Source: an uncultured Pseudomonadales bacterium (lineage in GTDB: Bacteria > Patescibacteriota > Microgenomatia > UBA1400 > PJMF01). Taken from it: 64,000 bases of DNA. This document shows positions 46,505 through 55,999 of the stretch, piece after piece (position 1 is the stretch's first letter; every line of letters starts with the position of its first letter). Below the pieces are notes generated by a model, which ran no database searches, was not told where the DNA came from, and saw nothing but the letters and a program-made list of their open reading frames with translations. Location of the stretch: contig CAZKVV010000001.1 of the NCBI GenBank assembly GCA_964556485.1, positions 148,551 through 212,550 on the forward strand, read 5' to 3'. A program made the translations under genes and the position numbers.

Positions 46505-48473
46505 CTAAGCTGGCATTGTGTGCAGTTTGGACTGCAGATACGACGGCTTTGCGAATGGTTTCAATTTCAGCGGCGGTAAGTGATTTTTCTGCATGCCAAT
46601 ACGTAAGTGAAAAAGTATAGTTCTGATTATATACACTTGCAAGTCGTACTCCAGTAATCTGTGAGTCTGCGCCCCTCAGAGTTGCTAGAACCGGTCCAAC
46701 GGGGATTTGCTCGGGCAGTGTGAAGGTGAGATCTTCTTTTACTTCTGGAGTCTTTGGAATGCTTTTGTATGAAGGATGAGATTTGGCAACTTGTTGCAAA
46801 GCAGCGAGTGAAAGCTCAATTGCTGCTTGTCCACCTCGCAAAAAGTGGATGGTACCCAGGATTGTTGTATCAACCCATACTTCACCAGATTGACTTGCCA
46901 GCCTGGTACTTTCTTGCAGCGGCACAATACGCAGCTGCTCTGGGGTAATAAAGAACTGACTAAGCAGTGACTCGAGGGTTCCGCGCACCTCTCGATATGG
47001 TTTGGCACTCAAAAGTGTGAGATAGAGTTCCTGTGCAGGTAATTCTCCAGCAATTGGATGGTACGCATGAGCTAACTCAAAAAATTGTAAGCCTGCAGTT
47101 CCTGAATTCTGTTCAAGAATTTCGAGCAATGAAGGAATCAGTGATCGGCGAAGGTAGACGCGATCTTCAGTAAGTGGATTTTGCAATTTGAGGTGACTTT
47201 CGAGTGTGTGACCAGATTGTTGTGCAATAATATCACTCACCATCGAGTAGGAATAGAGTTCTTGCCACCCAAGGTCAACCAAAAAGTGCTTAATGCGACC
47301 TTCAAATACAAAGTCTGTAGTAGATTGTCGAATAATAGGAATTGCCGTATCCATTAGCTTACTCGGCAAATTGTGATAGCCATAAATGCGTGCAATTTCT
47401 TCGATAATGTCAGCAGCAATGGCAATATCTGGACGAAACGTTGGTGGTGTGACAACTAGTGTTTCGCCATTTAATTCAACCGCGCACTCAAGAGTTCCAA
47501 GAATAGTTTTAATCTGTTGTTTTTCTAATAAAATTCCGAGGTAATCTGATACTCTTTGCAGAGTTACTGTAACGGGTTGTGGTGCCGTGTTACCTGGAAA
47601 ATCATCATAGAGTTTGCTCGCAATGGTCGCGTGGCACAGTTCTCGGTAGAGTTCTGCCCCACGTTTTATGACAAGTTCTGCTAAGTTGGCATCAACATTT
47701 TTTTCACTTAGTTGGGCTGCAACGGTACGAATCGCATGAGTCATACTGGCGTACCTCACCTTTTGCGCATCGAGTGTTTCCGCCCATAGCAGTACATTTT
47801 TAGTTGTCTCAGAGATTGATGTGTTTGCTGTTCCCTTAATTGCTGGTAGGTCGATAATAGCACCAACTGGATTTTTAAAGACTACTTCTCCGCCAACTGT
47901 TTGGTACTCTGTGCCATCGAGCGTGGTAAATGTTTCACCTGGGCGGGCTTCAGTCACTGTAATTTCACCGCCTAGTTCCATGACTTTGTCATAGTCAAAA
48001 GCGTGACAGGGATGGCCAAGCTCATGAGTGATGTAGTTGGTAATATCGATAACACTATCGTGAACATTCTGGTCGGTTTGTGTTAGTCGCGCAGCCATCC
48101 AGCTTGGAGTTGGTGTGCGTTGTACATCTTTTAGTACGATACAGACTACTCGTTTACACAGTGCTGCATTTTGGACAATTGTGGGCAATGGCAGCTCAGT
48201 GGTCATCGAAACATCGTACTGTGGTAATGGTTTGAGTGATGATGGTAGTCCAGCTTGTGTCAAAATCACTGCTGCCTCTCTGGCAATGCCACGCACGGAC
48301 ATGCTGTCAACGCGGTTGGTTGTGACTTCGATATCGTAGACAGACTCGCCTTCTCTGTCGTAAATTCGTTCGACCGAGGGTCCAGAAAGTGATAGCTGTT
48401 TTTGAATTTCATCTGGTGTTGCTGCAGTATCTAGGTGTTCGAGGAGCCATGAGTGTGGAATAAGTATGTTCAT
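46491..48473 (-). CDS. pheT: Phenylalanine-tRNA ligase beta subunit
   Basis: EVTTNRVD, IDITNY, P.FRPDI...DIIEEIARIYGY and LRRSL; short form without the B2 OB domain. Confidence 0.95.
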   Translation of the reverse strand: MNILIPHSWLLEHLDTAATPDEIQKQLSLSGPSVERIYDREGESVYDIEVTTNRVDSMSVRGIAREAAVILTQAGLPSSLKPLPQYDVSMTTELPLPTIVQNAALCKRVVCIVLKDVQRTPTPSWMAARLTQTDQNVHDSVIDITNYITHELGHPCHAFDYDKVMELGGEITVTEARPGETFTTLDGTEYQTVGGEVVFKNPVGAIIDLPAIKGTANTSISETTKNVLLWAETLDAQKVRYASMTHAIRTVAAQLSEKNVDANLAELVIKRGAELYRELCHATIASKLYDDFPGNTAPQPVTVTLQRVSDYLGILLEKQQIKTILGTLECAVELNGETLVVTPPTFRPDIAIAADIIEEIARIYGYHNLPSKLMDTAIPIIRQSTTDFVFEGRIKHFLVDLGWQELYSYSMVSDIIAQQSGHTLESHLKLQNPLTEDRVYLRRSLIPSLLEILEQNSGTAGLQFFELAHAYHPIAGELPAQELYLTLLSAKPYREVRGTLESLLSQFFITPEQLRIVPLQESTRLASQSGEVWVDTTILGTIHFLRGGQAAIELSLAALQQVAKSHPSYKSIPKTPEVKEDLTFTLPEQIPVGPVLATLRGADSQITGVRLASVYNQNYTFSLTYWHAEKSLTAAEIETIRKAVVSAVQTAHNASLVGTV

Positions 48474-48492
48474 AGGTATCTTTCAGAATGCA

Positions 48493-49557
48493 TTAAAATT
48501 GTCGTAAGAATCGTAAATCTCCACTATAGAGTAGTCTAATGTCGTCGAGATTGAGGCCTTCTTTGAGAGTGTAGGTTCTTTCAACTCCCCAACCAAACGC
48601 AAATCCGGTGTATTCTTCTGGGTCTATTCCTCCAGCTTTGAGAACATTTGGGTGTACCATGCCGGCGCCACCAACTTCATGCCATCCTGACTTGCAGAAA
48701 CGACACTTGGTTTTTTCAGTCTCAAGATATCCTGTTCCATTGCAGATATGACAGGAAAAGTCGACTTCGAATGAAGGTTCGGTAAATTGAAAATGAAAAG
48801 GTCTGATACGAGATTTGGTGCCGGGACCATAAAATTGTTCCGCAAAGTAATCTAATGTTCCCTTGAGATGTTGAATAGTAATGCCTTTGTCGACAACTAG
48901 GCCTTCGAACTGATGAAACATTTGTGTGTGTGTCGCGTCTTGTTGCCTTCGATAGCAGCGAGCGATGTTAATCATGCGAATGGGTGGCGTGGCATTGAGT
49001 CGCTCCATTTCACGAACTTGGCCATTTGAGGTGTGAGTAGTGAGGACCATTTTGCCTTTATCACTAGATTCTGGAGCATCAATAAAGAATGTTTCCCATT
49101 CATCACGGGCTGGATGACTTTTTGGCATATTTAAAGATTCGAATACATACCAATCCCAGTCGACTTCAGGATAGCGGACGCGGGTAAAGCCAATTTGTTC
49201 AAAAATATGTGTAATTTCTTCCATGGCTTGTGAGACAGGATGCATGTGACCAACCTCAGGCTGAATTCCGGGAATAGTAAGATCTACCCAGGTTTGTGTT
49301 TGCGCAAGCTGGTTTGATTTTTCAGCTACAAGAGTCTCAAGTTGCTGTTTAGTGGTGTTGAGAACAGCGCCAGCTTCTTTTCTGTCTTGAACTTCTAAAT
49401 CAGTAATTTGTTTAGATAGTACCGTAAAGCTGCCTTTTTTTCCTAGAAATGAAACACTGCATTTCTCTACATCTGCACTTGAAAGACATGTGCTGAGTAT
49501 AGATGTTAATGTACTGACGAGTATTTGGAGCTGTTGGGTGTATTCCTGAAGTGTCAT
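48493..49557 (-). CDS. pheS: Phenylalanine-tRNA ligase alpha subunit
   Basis: HPAR, MFHQFEGL, FQFTEPS, GMVHPNVL and FAFGWGVER. Confidence 0.97.
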   Translation of the reverse strand: MTLQEYTQQLQILVSTLTSILSTCLSSADVEKCSVSFLGKKGSFTVLSKQITDLEVQDRKEAGAVLNTTKQQLETLVAEKSNQLAQTQTWVDLTIPGIQPEVGHMHPVSQAMEEITHIFEQIGFTRVRYPEVDWDWYVFESLNMPKSHPARDEWETFFIDAPESSDKGKMVLTTHTSNGQVREMERLNATPPIRMINIARCYRRQQDATHTQMFHQFEGLVVDKGITIQHLKGTLDYFAEQFYGPGTKSRIRPFHFQFTEPSFEVDFSCHICNGTGYLETEKTKCRFCKSGWHEVGGAGMVHPNVLKAGGIDPEEYTGFAFGWGVERTYTLKEGLNLDDIRLLYSGDLRFLRQF

Positions 49558-49614
49558 GGTAAGTCCTTATTCTACCTCTTTTTTATTTCCTATGTTAGTT
49601 GTGCGCCTGATATT

Positions 49615-49638
49615 AAAAAACCCCGCATGGTGCGGGGT
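49615..49638 (-). terminator. Terminator after rplT
   Basis: ACCCCGCA-CCA-TGCGGGGT followed by a U-tract. Confidence 0.8.
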
Positions 49639-49666
49639 CTTTCGTTTTCATTTGTTAGATGTTCGT

Positions 49667-50023
49667 TTAGTTTCCACGCACTTTTGATACGATGGTTTTA
49701 AACGAAGCAAAGTCTGCAATTGCAATTTCAGATAACATCTTGCGGTTAAGCTGAACGTTAGCTTTCTTCATTGCATTGAGGAATCTTGAATAGTTGAGTG
49801 TTGCATCAACTTCTTTAAGAGCAGCACTGATACGGACAATCCATAACTGGCGCATGTCTCTCTTACGAAGTTTGCGACCAATATAGGCATACTCACCTGC
49901 GTGCAATAATGCTTCTTTTGCGCGCTTGTATAGTCTGCTATTAGCACCTCTAAAGCCTTTGGTAAGTCCCAAAACTTTTTTGTGCCTTCTTTTTCTAGTG
50001 AAACCTGATTTTACTCTGGACAT
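49667..50023 (-). CDS. rplT: 50S ribosomal protein L20
   Basis: MSRVK, R.LWI.RI.AA and LNRKMLSEIA. Confidence 0.97.
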   Translation of the reverse strand: MSRVKSGFTRKRRHKKVLGLTKGFRGANSRLYKRAKEALLHAGEYAYIGRKLRKRDMRQLWIVRISAALKEVDATLNYSRFLNAMKKANVQLNRKMLSEIAIADFASFKTIVSKVRGN

Positions 50024-50045
50024 TGTATCTTTCTACTTTTTGGTG

Positions 50046-50249
50046 TTAAGCCATTCCAAGCATACGCTTGATCTTGCGGGCCCACTTGCCAGTTACTTCA
50101 ATTGGAATACCATAAGCTCTAATAGTTTTTTTACTTTTAATTCTTCGACGGTGTCGCATGTTTTGTGAACGTCTAAGAACTTTACCGGTAGCGGTAATTT
50201 TAAAACGTTTTTCAACACCAGATCTAGTTTTTTGTTTTATCTTTTTCAT
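50046..50249 (-). CDS. rpmI: 50S ribosomal protein L35
   Basis: KT..G..KRFKITATGK; lies between infC and rplT. Confidence 0.95.
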   Translation of the reverse strand: MKKIKQKTRSGVEKRFKITATGKVLRRSQNMRHRRRIKSKKTIRAYGIPIEVTGKWARKIKRMLGMA

Positions 50250-50261
50250 GAGCGCCTCTCT

Positions 50262-50801
50262 TTATTTTTTCACCGGCATTAACTGAGCCATAAGTTTTTT
50301 GCCCAGTAACTTTGGTGCCACTTCGACTGTGGATCTATCAGCTGTTCTGCTAATTACCTTTTCGAAGATGTCATATCCAAACTCTTTTTTTGTAATTGCT
50401 CTACCTTTAAACTGCAAGGAAAGCCTGACCTTATCTCCTTTTTCAAGGAATTTAAATACTTTGTTTAAACGAGCCTCGAAGTCACCATCGCCCATAAAGG
50501 GAGAAAAACGAACTTCTTTAATATCCTGTATCTTAGCGTTTTTGCGATTTTGTGCTTCACGCTGTTGTAGCTGATATTTGTATTTTGCGAGTTCAATAAT
50601 CTTAACAATCGGTGGTGCAGCATTACCACTCACCATTACTAAGTCTTTATCCTCAGCTCGGGCAAGACGAAGTGCTTCTTCTCTACTCATTATCCCAAGC
50701 ATCTCTTTGTGTTCGGATAAGACTCTGACTTCTGAAGCGAAAATGCGCTCGTTAGCAACAATACGTTGCTTAGTTTGTTGATTCGAGTTGTATTTATTCA
50801 C
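50262..50801 (-). CDS. infC: Translation initiation factor IF-3
   Basis: NERI...EVRV, PPIVKI, KEVRF and GDKVR; GTG start assumed. Confidence 0.95.
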   Translation of the reverse strand: MNKYNSNQQTKQRIVANERIFASEVRVLSEHKEMLGIMSREEALRLARAEDKDLVMVSGNAAPPIVKIIELAKYKYQLQQREAQNRKNAKIQDIKEVRFSPFMGDGDFEARLNKVFKFLEKGDKVRLSLQFKGRAITKKEFGYDIFEKVISRTADRSTVEVAPKLLGKKLMAQLMPVKK

Positions 50802-50869
50802 GAGTCTTAGTACTTATCTTTCCACAAATAGATTTGTATTCTACAACAGCAGTTGAAAAAACAAAAGGG

Positions 50870-50943
50870 TGAACTCGAGAGGACTCGAACCTCTGACCTC
50901 TTCGATGTCAACGAAGCGCTCTAACCAACTGAGCTACGAGTTC
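50870..50943 (-). tRNA. tRNA-Val(GAC)
   Basis: GAACTCG...CGAGTTC-A, anticodon arm CTTCG-TTGACAT-CGAAG; CCA not fully encoded. Confidence 0.96.
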
Positions 50944-50981
50944 AAGATTGTCTCAACTAGGCAGGAGGATTATATCAGAAC

Positions 50982-51653
50982 TTAGCCGCCAGAGTAAGTG
51001 CTTGATCGCTCATGGTGCATCATGTCAAACACTGTCTTGGTTTGTTCATGTGCTTGGCCCACGATTTGTAATCCAGCACCGCTGCGCTTTTGTTTTTTGC
51101 TTTGTTTAGTATGAAATTGTGTTGCCCAGGTGCGAGCACTATGAATTTTTTGTCTGAGCAACATGATGAAGTGACGAAGTTCTCTGAAAAAAGTAAGGTA
51201 ATATTTACCAGTTTGACCTGGATGTGCAACTTCAGATTGCAGAGTAACTTCAATTTCTTTATGGAATGCTCCTACTTCTTTTGAAAGTAATTTTAGTTCC
51301 GCTCTTAGCTGATCGATTTCTCTTTTAACCTGTTTTTCTCTCGCATCATACACTGCGTGCATATCAACCGGATTAACTTGATCATGCAATTTTTTGCGTA
51401 GCATCTCTTTTTTTTGCTGTTTTTCAAGTAACGCTCGCTGCTGTTCTTGCCACTCGGTATTTGTTGTTGTGTCTTGGGGTAATTGACCGCCTGTGCGCGC
51501 CAAGGCTTCACTAAATGGATTTAGAGGGGTTTCGGCAAGTTGTTGTGAACCGCTATACGTTTTTTCAGTTTCAGCCAATGCACGAGCGAACGGATTAACG
51601 CTGCCGCTTGTACTTGTAGAACCCTGTGGTGTTTTTTTATGTCCTGCTTGCAT
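50982..51653 (-). CDS. DUF5660-like CPR-specific coiled-coil protein
   Basis: G.YYLTFF..L...I..A.TW...K.KK pattern recalled from the CPR family. Confidence 0.6.
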   Translation of the reverse strand: MQAGHKKTPQGSTSTSGSVNPFARALAETEKTYSGSQQLAETPLNPFSEALARTGGQLPQDTTTNTEWQEQQRALLEKQQKKEMLRKKLHDQVNPVDMHAVYDAREKQVKREIDQLRAELKLLSKEVGAFHKEIEVTLQSEVAHPGQTGKYYLTFFRELRHFIMLLRQKIHSARTWATQFHTKQSKKQKRSGAGLQIVGQAHEQTKTVFDMMHHERSSTYSGG

Positions 51654-51761
51654 TTCTTATGTTGCATCTTTCTCAAGATGAGAAATTTTCTAATTATAGG
51701 ACCTATATGTCGAAAAGTCAACAAGATTTTCTCAAGTGATCAGAGTTTGCAAAAAATGCAG

Positions 51762-52685
51762 TTATAGGCTCAGAAGATAGTCGGCCACTTTTTGCCTGAG
51801 CAATGTTTCGGTAAGCATTGATTGATAGCGAGGATCTGCCATTTGTTGTGATTTGAGCTTTTCATCAGTTGTTTTTTCAATCACAGCTTCGATTTCTTTG
51901 TTAGTAACTGTTAGTTTTTGTTCTTCGGCTACTGCGCTTATGATGAATGTTGCTTGTAATCGAGCTAAAGCGCCAGCTGCTAACTCAGTTGAAAGTTGGT
52001 CAAAAGTCATCTTTCTACCTTCAAGAAACTTTTCAAAGGTAATATTGAGCTGTTGCAGTCTGCGGGCGATGTTATCTAGGTCGTATCGGGTTTCTTCTTT
52101 CACTAACAACTCTGCTATTTGAGGTTTGACAGTGGTAATTAACTCTTGATAGATGGTTTGCAATACATGCTCTCGCTTTTGTGGTTCGGTAATTTCATGA
52201 GGATGATCGTGCTTTTCACCATTCTTTATTGCTTCTTCGACATGTTTTTTCATTTCAACTTGTTGTTTTTCAAGTTCTGCTGCAGCTTTTTTCTTTGCAT
52301 CTTTTACAGTTTTCGTGTAGTTGCCAAGCTTTATTTCTGGCTTTTCGGCAATATGCACTTCAAGTTTCCAATCTTCTTCTTTGTTCAAAGATACTGGTTT
52401 AAATTCTGGGTAAGTTAGAGGATGTTTTTTTTCGGATTCAATGAGTCTTTGATACAAATCTGGAACTACTTGTTGGAGTGCTTCTTCAATAATCTTTTCT
52501 GATCCTAGTAGCTCTTCTGCAACCTGCGTAGGCACTTTGCCTTTTCTAAATCCAGCGGTTTTAACACCAACACTCAGCTTTGCCAAACTTTTCTTGTAAG
52601 CTTTGGTAGCTTGCTCTTTTGGGATGATGAGAGTCAAAATGGTGTTAGGAATAATGAGGGGTTGATCTTGTTTCTTTTCTGTCAT
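51762..52685 (-). CDS. tig: Trigger factor, reduced (no recognisable PPIase domain)
   Basis: GFRKGKVP ribosome-binding motif; 307 aa. Confidence 0.88.
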   Translation of the reverse strand: MTEKKQDQPLIIPNTILTLIIPKEQATKAYKKSLAKLSVGVKTAGFRKGKVPTQVAEELLGSEKIIEEALQQVVPDLYQRLIESEKKHPLTYPEFKPVSLNKEEDWKLEVHIAEKPEIKLGNYTKTVKDAKKKAAAELEKQQVEMKKHVEEAIKNGEKHDHPHEITEPQKREHVLQTIYQELITTVKPQIAELLVKEETRYDLDNIARRLQQLNITFEKFLEGRKMTFDQLSTELAAGALARLQATFIISAVAEEQKLTVTNKEIEAVIEKTTDEKLKSQQMADPRYQSMLTETLLRQKVADYLLSL

Positions 52686-52791
52686 AGGGGTGCATTATAC
52701 CTCAGACTCTTTGATCTACAAAAGCTTAAGTGAAAATGCTATACTCACACCTTGTTACAACTACAAAATAAGGAACGTTACATGCCTCAAA

Positions 52792-53600
52792 AAGTACTAT
52801 TACACCACATTGATGATTACGCTCCAGGAGGACTTGAGTTTGCAGAAATTGACACACGTTTATATAGCAAATTAGCACAACCACATGAGGTGCTCATCCA
52901 TGATGTTTCGGTTCCCTCTCTAGATACGGTTGCTTTGGGGTTCGTCACCTCACAGCTTGCATATGCGGATTTTGATGGCAGAATGGTGATTTATGGCAAT
53001 TGTGCCCCAAGAAGAAGTTCTGAGCGCGCGCAACTTAATAATATTGATCATGGGATTAAGTACGCTAAGTTAAAAAATGGTGTTGAGATTATTAATGTGT
53101 GGTCCGAGCATGCTTTTGGCTTTGTAAAGCAGGATATTGTGGAATTTAGAGATTTAAACTGTCCAAACTCTGGTTCTCAATTTCGATCGCGTGATTTTTT
53201 CCCCATTGTGGTAGCTCAAATTGTAAATGGGGATTACTCGGCTTTTGGTAAGGAATTACATGTGGATGATATTCCAGAGATTCCAAATAATATCGTTGCT
53301 TGGACTGATGGCTTTGGAAATATCAAAACTACAATGCGAATGTCAGATCTTAAGGAAATGGGTCTTAACCCAGGAGACAAAGTACAGGTAATCATGAATG
53401 GCGTTTCGATGATTGGAGTGATGTCTATAGGTGGCTTTCAGGTCGATCGAGGGGTGTTGGCAGTTAATGCTGGCTCTTCTGGTTATGCTAATCCCTTTAT
53501 TGAATTGTTCTTACGTGTGCATAAAATTTCTGAGAGAACTGCTGCTGTGCGATTTGACTACCCAGTTGGTGGCACCGAGTTTGTGATTAAGCAGTTGTAA
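52792..53600 (+). CDS. SAM hydroxide adenosyltransferase/halogenase (DUF62)-like protein
   Basis: SQFRSRDFF resembles TFHGRDIF and WTDGFGNIKT resembles IDxFGN; start MPQK at 52792. Confidence 0.7.
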
Positions 53601-53756
53601 GATTGAGGCAAAATTGGATATCACCTTGCTTGAACAATAATTGGCTGTAAATTTATTGCTATAGGATATTATAGCTTACTGTTTTACTACCTCTCATTGG
53701 GAGAGGTTTAGGATTTTGGGATTTACGTTGATAATCCTAGGCTTTTTTCGTTTGTG

Positions 53757-53830
53757 AGGCACGAACGGGATTCGAACCCGTGAACGAAGGTTTTGCAGAC
53801 CTTGCCATTAGACCGCTCTGGTATCGTGCC
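53757..53830 (-). tRNA. tRNA-Cys(GCA)
   Basis: GGCACGA...TCGTGCC-T with U73 discriminator; anticodon arm AAGGT-CTGCAAA-ACCTT. Confidence 0.95.
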
Positions 53831-53912
53831 ATGTACGGTGCAATTATACAGTACCTTGGTAGTGTTTCATCAACAATTTGTAATTAGTTTTGTCTGGTAT
53901 ACTATACACTCC

Positions 53913-55073
53913 ATGAAAAAGAAGAAAACCTATTATATCCATACTTTTGGTTGTCAGTCTAACAAATCTGATTCGGAGCGTATTGCTGGCGATTATGCAG
54001 CACGAGGATATGAAGAAGCTAAGAATTGGAAAAATTGTGACGAGCTAGTCATTAATACATGTGCAGTAAGACAACGTGCCGAAGATAGAGCGCGTGGATT
54101 TTTACACGCGGTGGTGGTGTACTTTCACGAGAATAGTCTGCCCAGACCAAAGCTTATCCTCACTGGATGTATGGTTCATCATGGCAATGAACAACTCTAC
54201 AAAATGATGCCGATGATTGATGAGATTCTCCCGATTAATGAGGTGGGGTTTAATCAGTCGACAGTTCGAAAAGATCAAAACCATGCTTGGATTCCTATTT
54301 CTGTAGGTTGTAACTCATTTTGTACCTACTGTATTGTCCCCTATTCTCGAGGTCGCGAAAAATCTCGAGCATTTGATGACATCATGACTGAAGTGACTGA
54401 TTTAGTTTCAAAAGGATACACAGAAATTACGCTCCTCGGCATGAATGTGAATTCTTGGGGACTTGAAAAGCTGGGAATTGGATTTAGAAAACTCTTGATG
54501 GAAAAGAAAGAGTTTACTAGAGAAGATTTGCCAGATAACCAGTCGCAGTATTTAACACCAACGGGCATCCCACCGTTTGTAAAACTATTGCAAGCAGTGA
54601 CTGACTTTCCTGAAATTAAAAAAGTACGTTTTATGAGTAGTAATCCATGGGATTTCCATGACGAACTTATTGCAGAAATTGGCGTCAATAAAAAAATTGA
54701 TCGCTATATTCATTTACCCATCCAATCTGGAAGTGATGCAGTTTTGTATCGAATGAACCGTGGGTACACGATTAAGCGATATCAAGAGGTTGTTGAAAAA
54801 CTACGTGCTGCTGACCCCAAAATTGTGATCGGTACCGACATAGTAGTGGGATTTGCGGGTGAAACAGAGGCTGAGTTTAATGAAACCGTCGAGTTTGCCC
54901 AAAAAATTGATTGGAAAGTTGGGTTTGTCGCCATTTACTCTCCTCGCCCTGGCACGGCGAGTTGGAGAATCTACCCTGATGACATTCCGCATGCAGAAAA
55001 AAAACGTCGTTGGGAAGTGTTGGATCAAATCATTAATAAGGACAATTTGTCTGTTCGTCCATATGTTGTGTAA
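53913..55073 (+). CDS. miaB: tRNA methylthiotransferase MiaB (radical SAM)
   Basis: TFGCQ.N..DSE, NTCAVR and CNSFCTYC; adjacent to miaA; no TRAM domain; start MKKKK at 53913. Confidence 0.9.
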   Translation: MKKKKTYYIHTFGCQSNKSDSERIAGDYAARGYEEAKNWKNCDELVINTCAVRQRAEDRARGFLHAVVVYFHENSLPRPKLILTGCMVHHGNEQLYKMMPMIDEILPINEVGFNQSTVRKDQNHAWIPISVGCNSFCTYCIVPYSRGREKSRAFDDIMTEVTDLVSKGYTEITLLGMNVNSWGLEKLGIGFRKLLMEKKEFTREDLPDNQSQYLTPTGIPPFVKLLQAVTDFPEIKKVRFMSSNPWDFHDELIAEIGVNKKIDRYIHLPIQSGSDAVLYRMNRGYTIKRYQEVVEKLRAADPKIVIGTDIVVGFAGETEAEFNETVEFAQKIDWKVGFVAIYSPRPGTASWRIYPDDIPHAEKKRRWEVLDQIINKDNLSVRPYVV

Positions 55074-55996
55074 TGCATAAAATCCCCTGTATTTCTATAG
55101 TTGGTATGACGGCATCGGGAAAAACTGCAGTGGCATTAATGTTGGCGGAAGAAATCGCAAGGCTTGGTCGTGGTGTAACACTAATTTCAGCAGATTCACG
55201 CCAAGTATATAAAGATATTCCCATTCTATCTGGTGCAGATGTACCCGCTGATTTTTTTAAAACGAACGACTCAGTTTTTGAGCACCCCTTTTTTCAGAAT
55301 CAAACAGGGACCATCCAACTACATGGATGTAGCATGCTGGCAAGTTCGGTAGAATGGTCTTTGGGACTTTTTAGGCAGTTTGCGTTAGATGTCATGATGC
55401 AGGCTATTGCAGATGGTCGCGTGGTACTTATTGTTGGTGGTACCGGTTTGTATCAGACTAAATTGTTTACAACTGATACTCAGGTTAATGTCAAACCCGA
55501 CCCAGCATGGAGAAAAGAAGCAAGCATCATGACTCTTTTAGAACTCCAAAAGCAATTGGAAGCTATTGATCCAAACAGACTGACAGCAATGAATAATTCA
55601 GATAGTAATAATCCCCGTAGATTGCAGCGTGCAATTGAAATTGCTAGAGCGCCAAAATTGCTGGTGACTAACAAATACCAAGATCTGTTGCAACATGTCC
55701 AACAACAAATTATTGGTTTGCAAGGATCTGCTAAGAGTAACGAAATAATTAAAGATCGCGTAATTGCGAGAATTAATGCTGGCGCAATTTTTGAAGTAGA
55801 AAAATGTCTACAGCTAGAAAATGTTGCCTCTCATCTACAAACCACCTTGGGTTTCTTAGAAATTTCTCAATACCTTGAGGGAAAATACACTAAAGCAGAG
55901 CTTATCGATATGTGGGCGTTGCATGAGTGCCAATATGCAAAAAGACAGATGACTTGGTGGAAGGCGCAGCCGTCAGTTGCATGGTATGATGTTTAG
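55073..55996 (+). CDS. miaA: tRNA dimethylallyltransferase
   Basis: GMTASGKT, ISADSRQVY, VGGTGLY and YAKRQMTW. Confidence 0.94.
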   Translation: MHKIPCISIVGMTASGKTAVALMLAEEIARLGRGVTLISADSRQVYKDIPILSGADVPADFFKTNDSVFEHPFFQNQTGTIQLHGCSMLASSVEWSLGLFRQFALDVMMQAIADGRVVLIVGGTGLYQTKLFTTDTQVNVKPDPAWRKEASIMTLLELQKQLEAIDPNRLTAMNNSDSNNPRRLQRAIEIARAPKLLVTNKYQDLLQHVQQQIIGLQGSAKSNEIIKDRVIARINAGAIFEVEKCLQLENVASHLQTTLGFLEISQYLEGKYTKAELIDMWALHECQYAKRQMTWWKAQPSVAWYDV

Positions 55997-55999
55997 TAT

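Noticed and set aside
49558-49666. pheM-like attenuator between rplT and pheS
   Set aside because: The short ORF MKTKDPAPCGVF has a single Phe and lies within the terminator; no antiterminator is seen.
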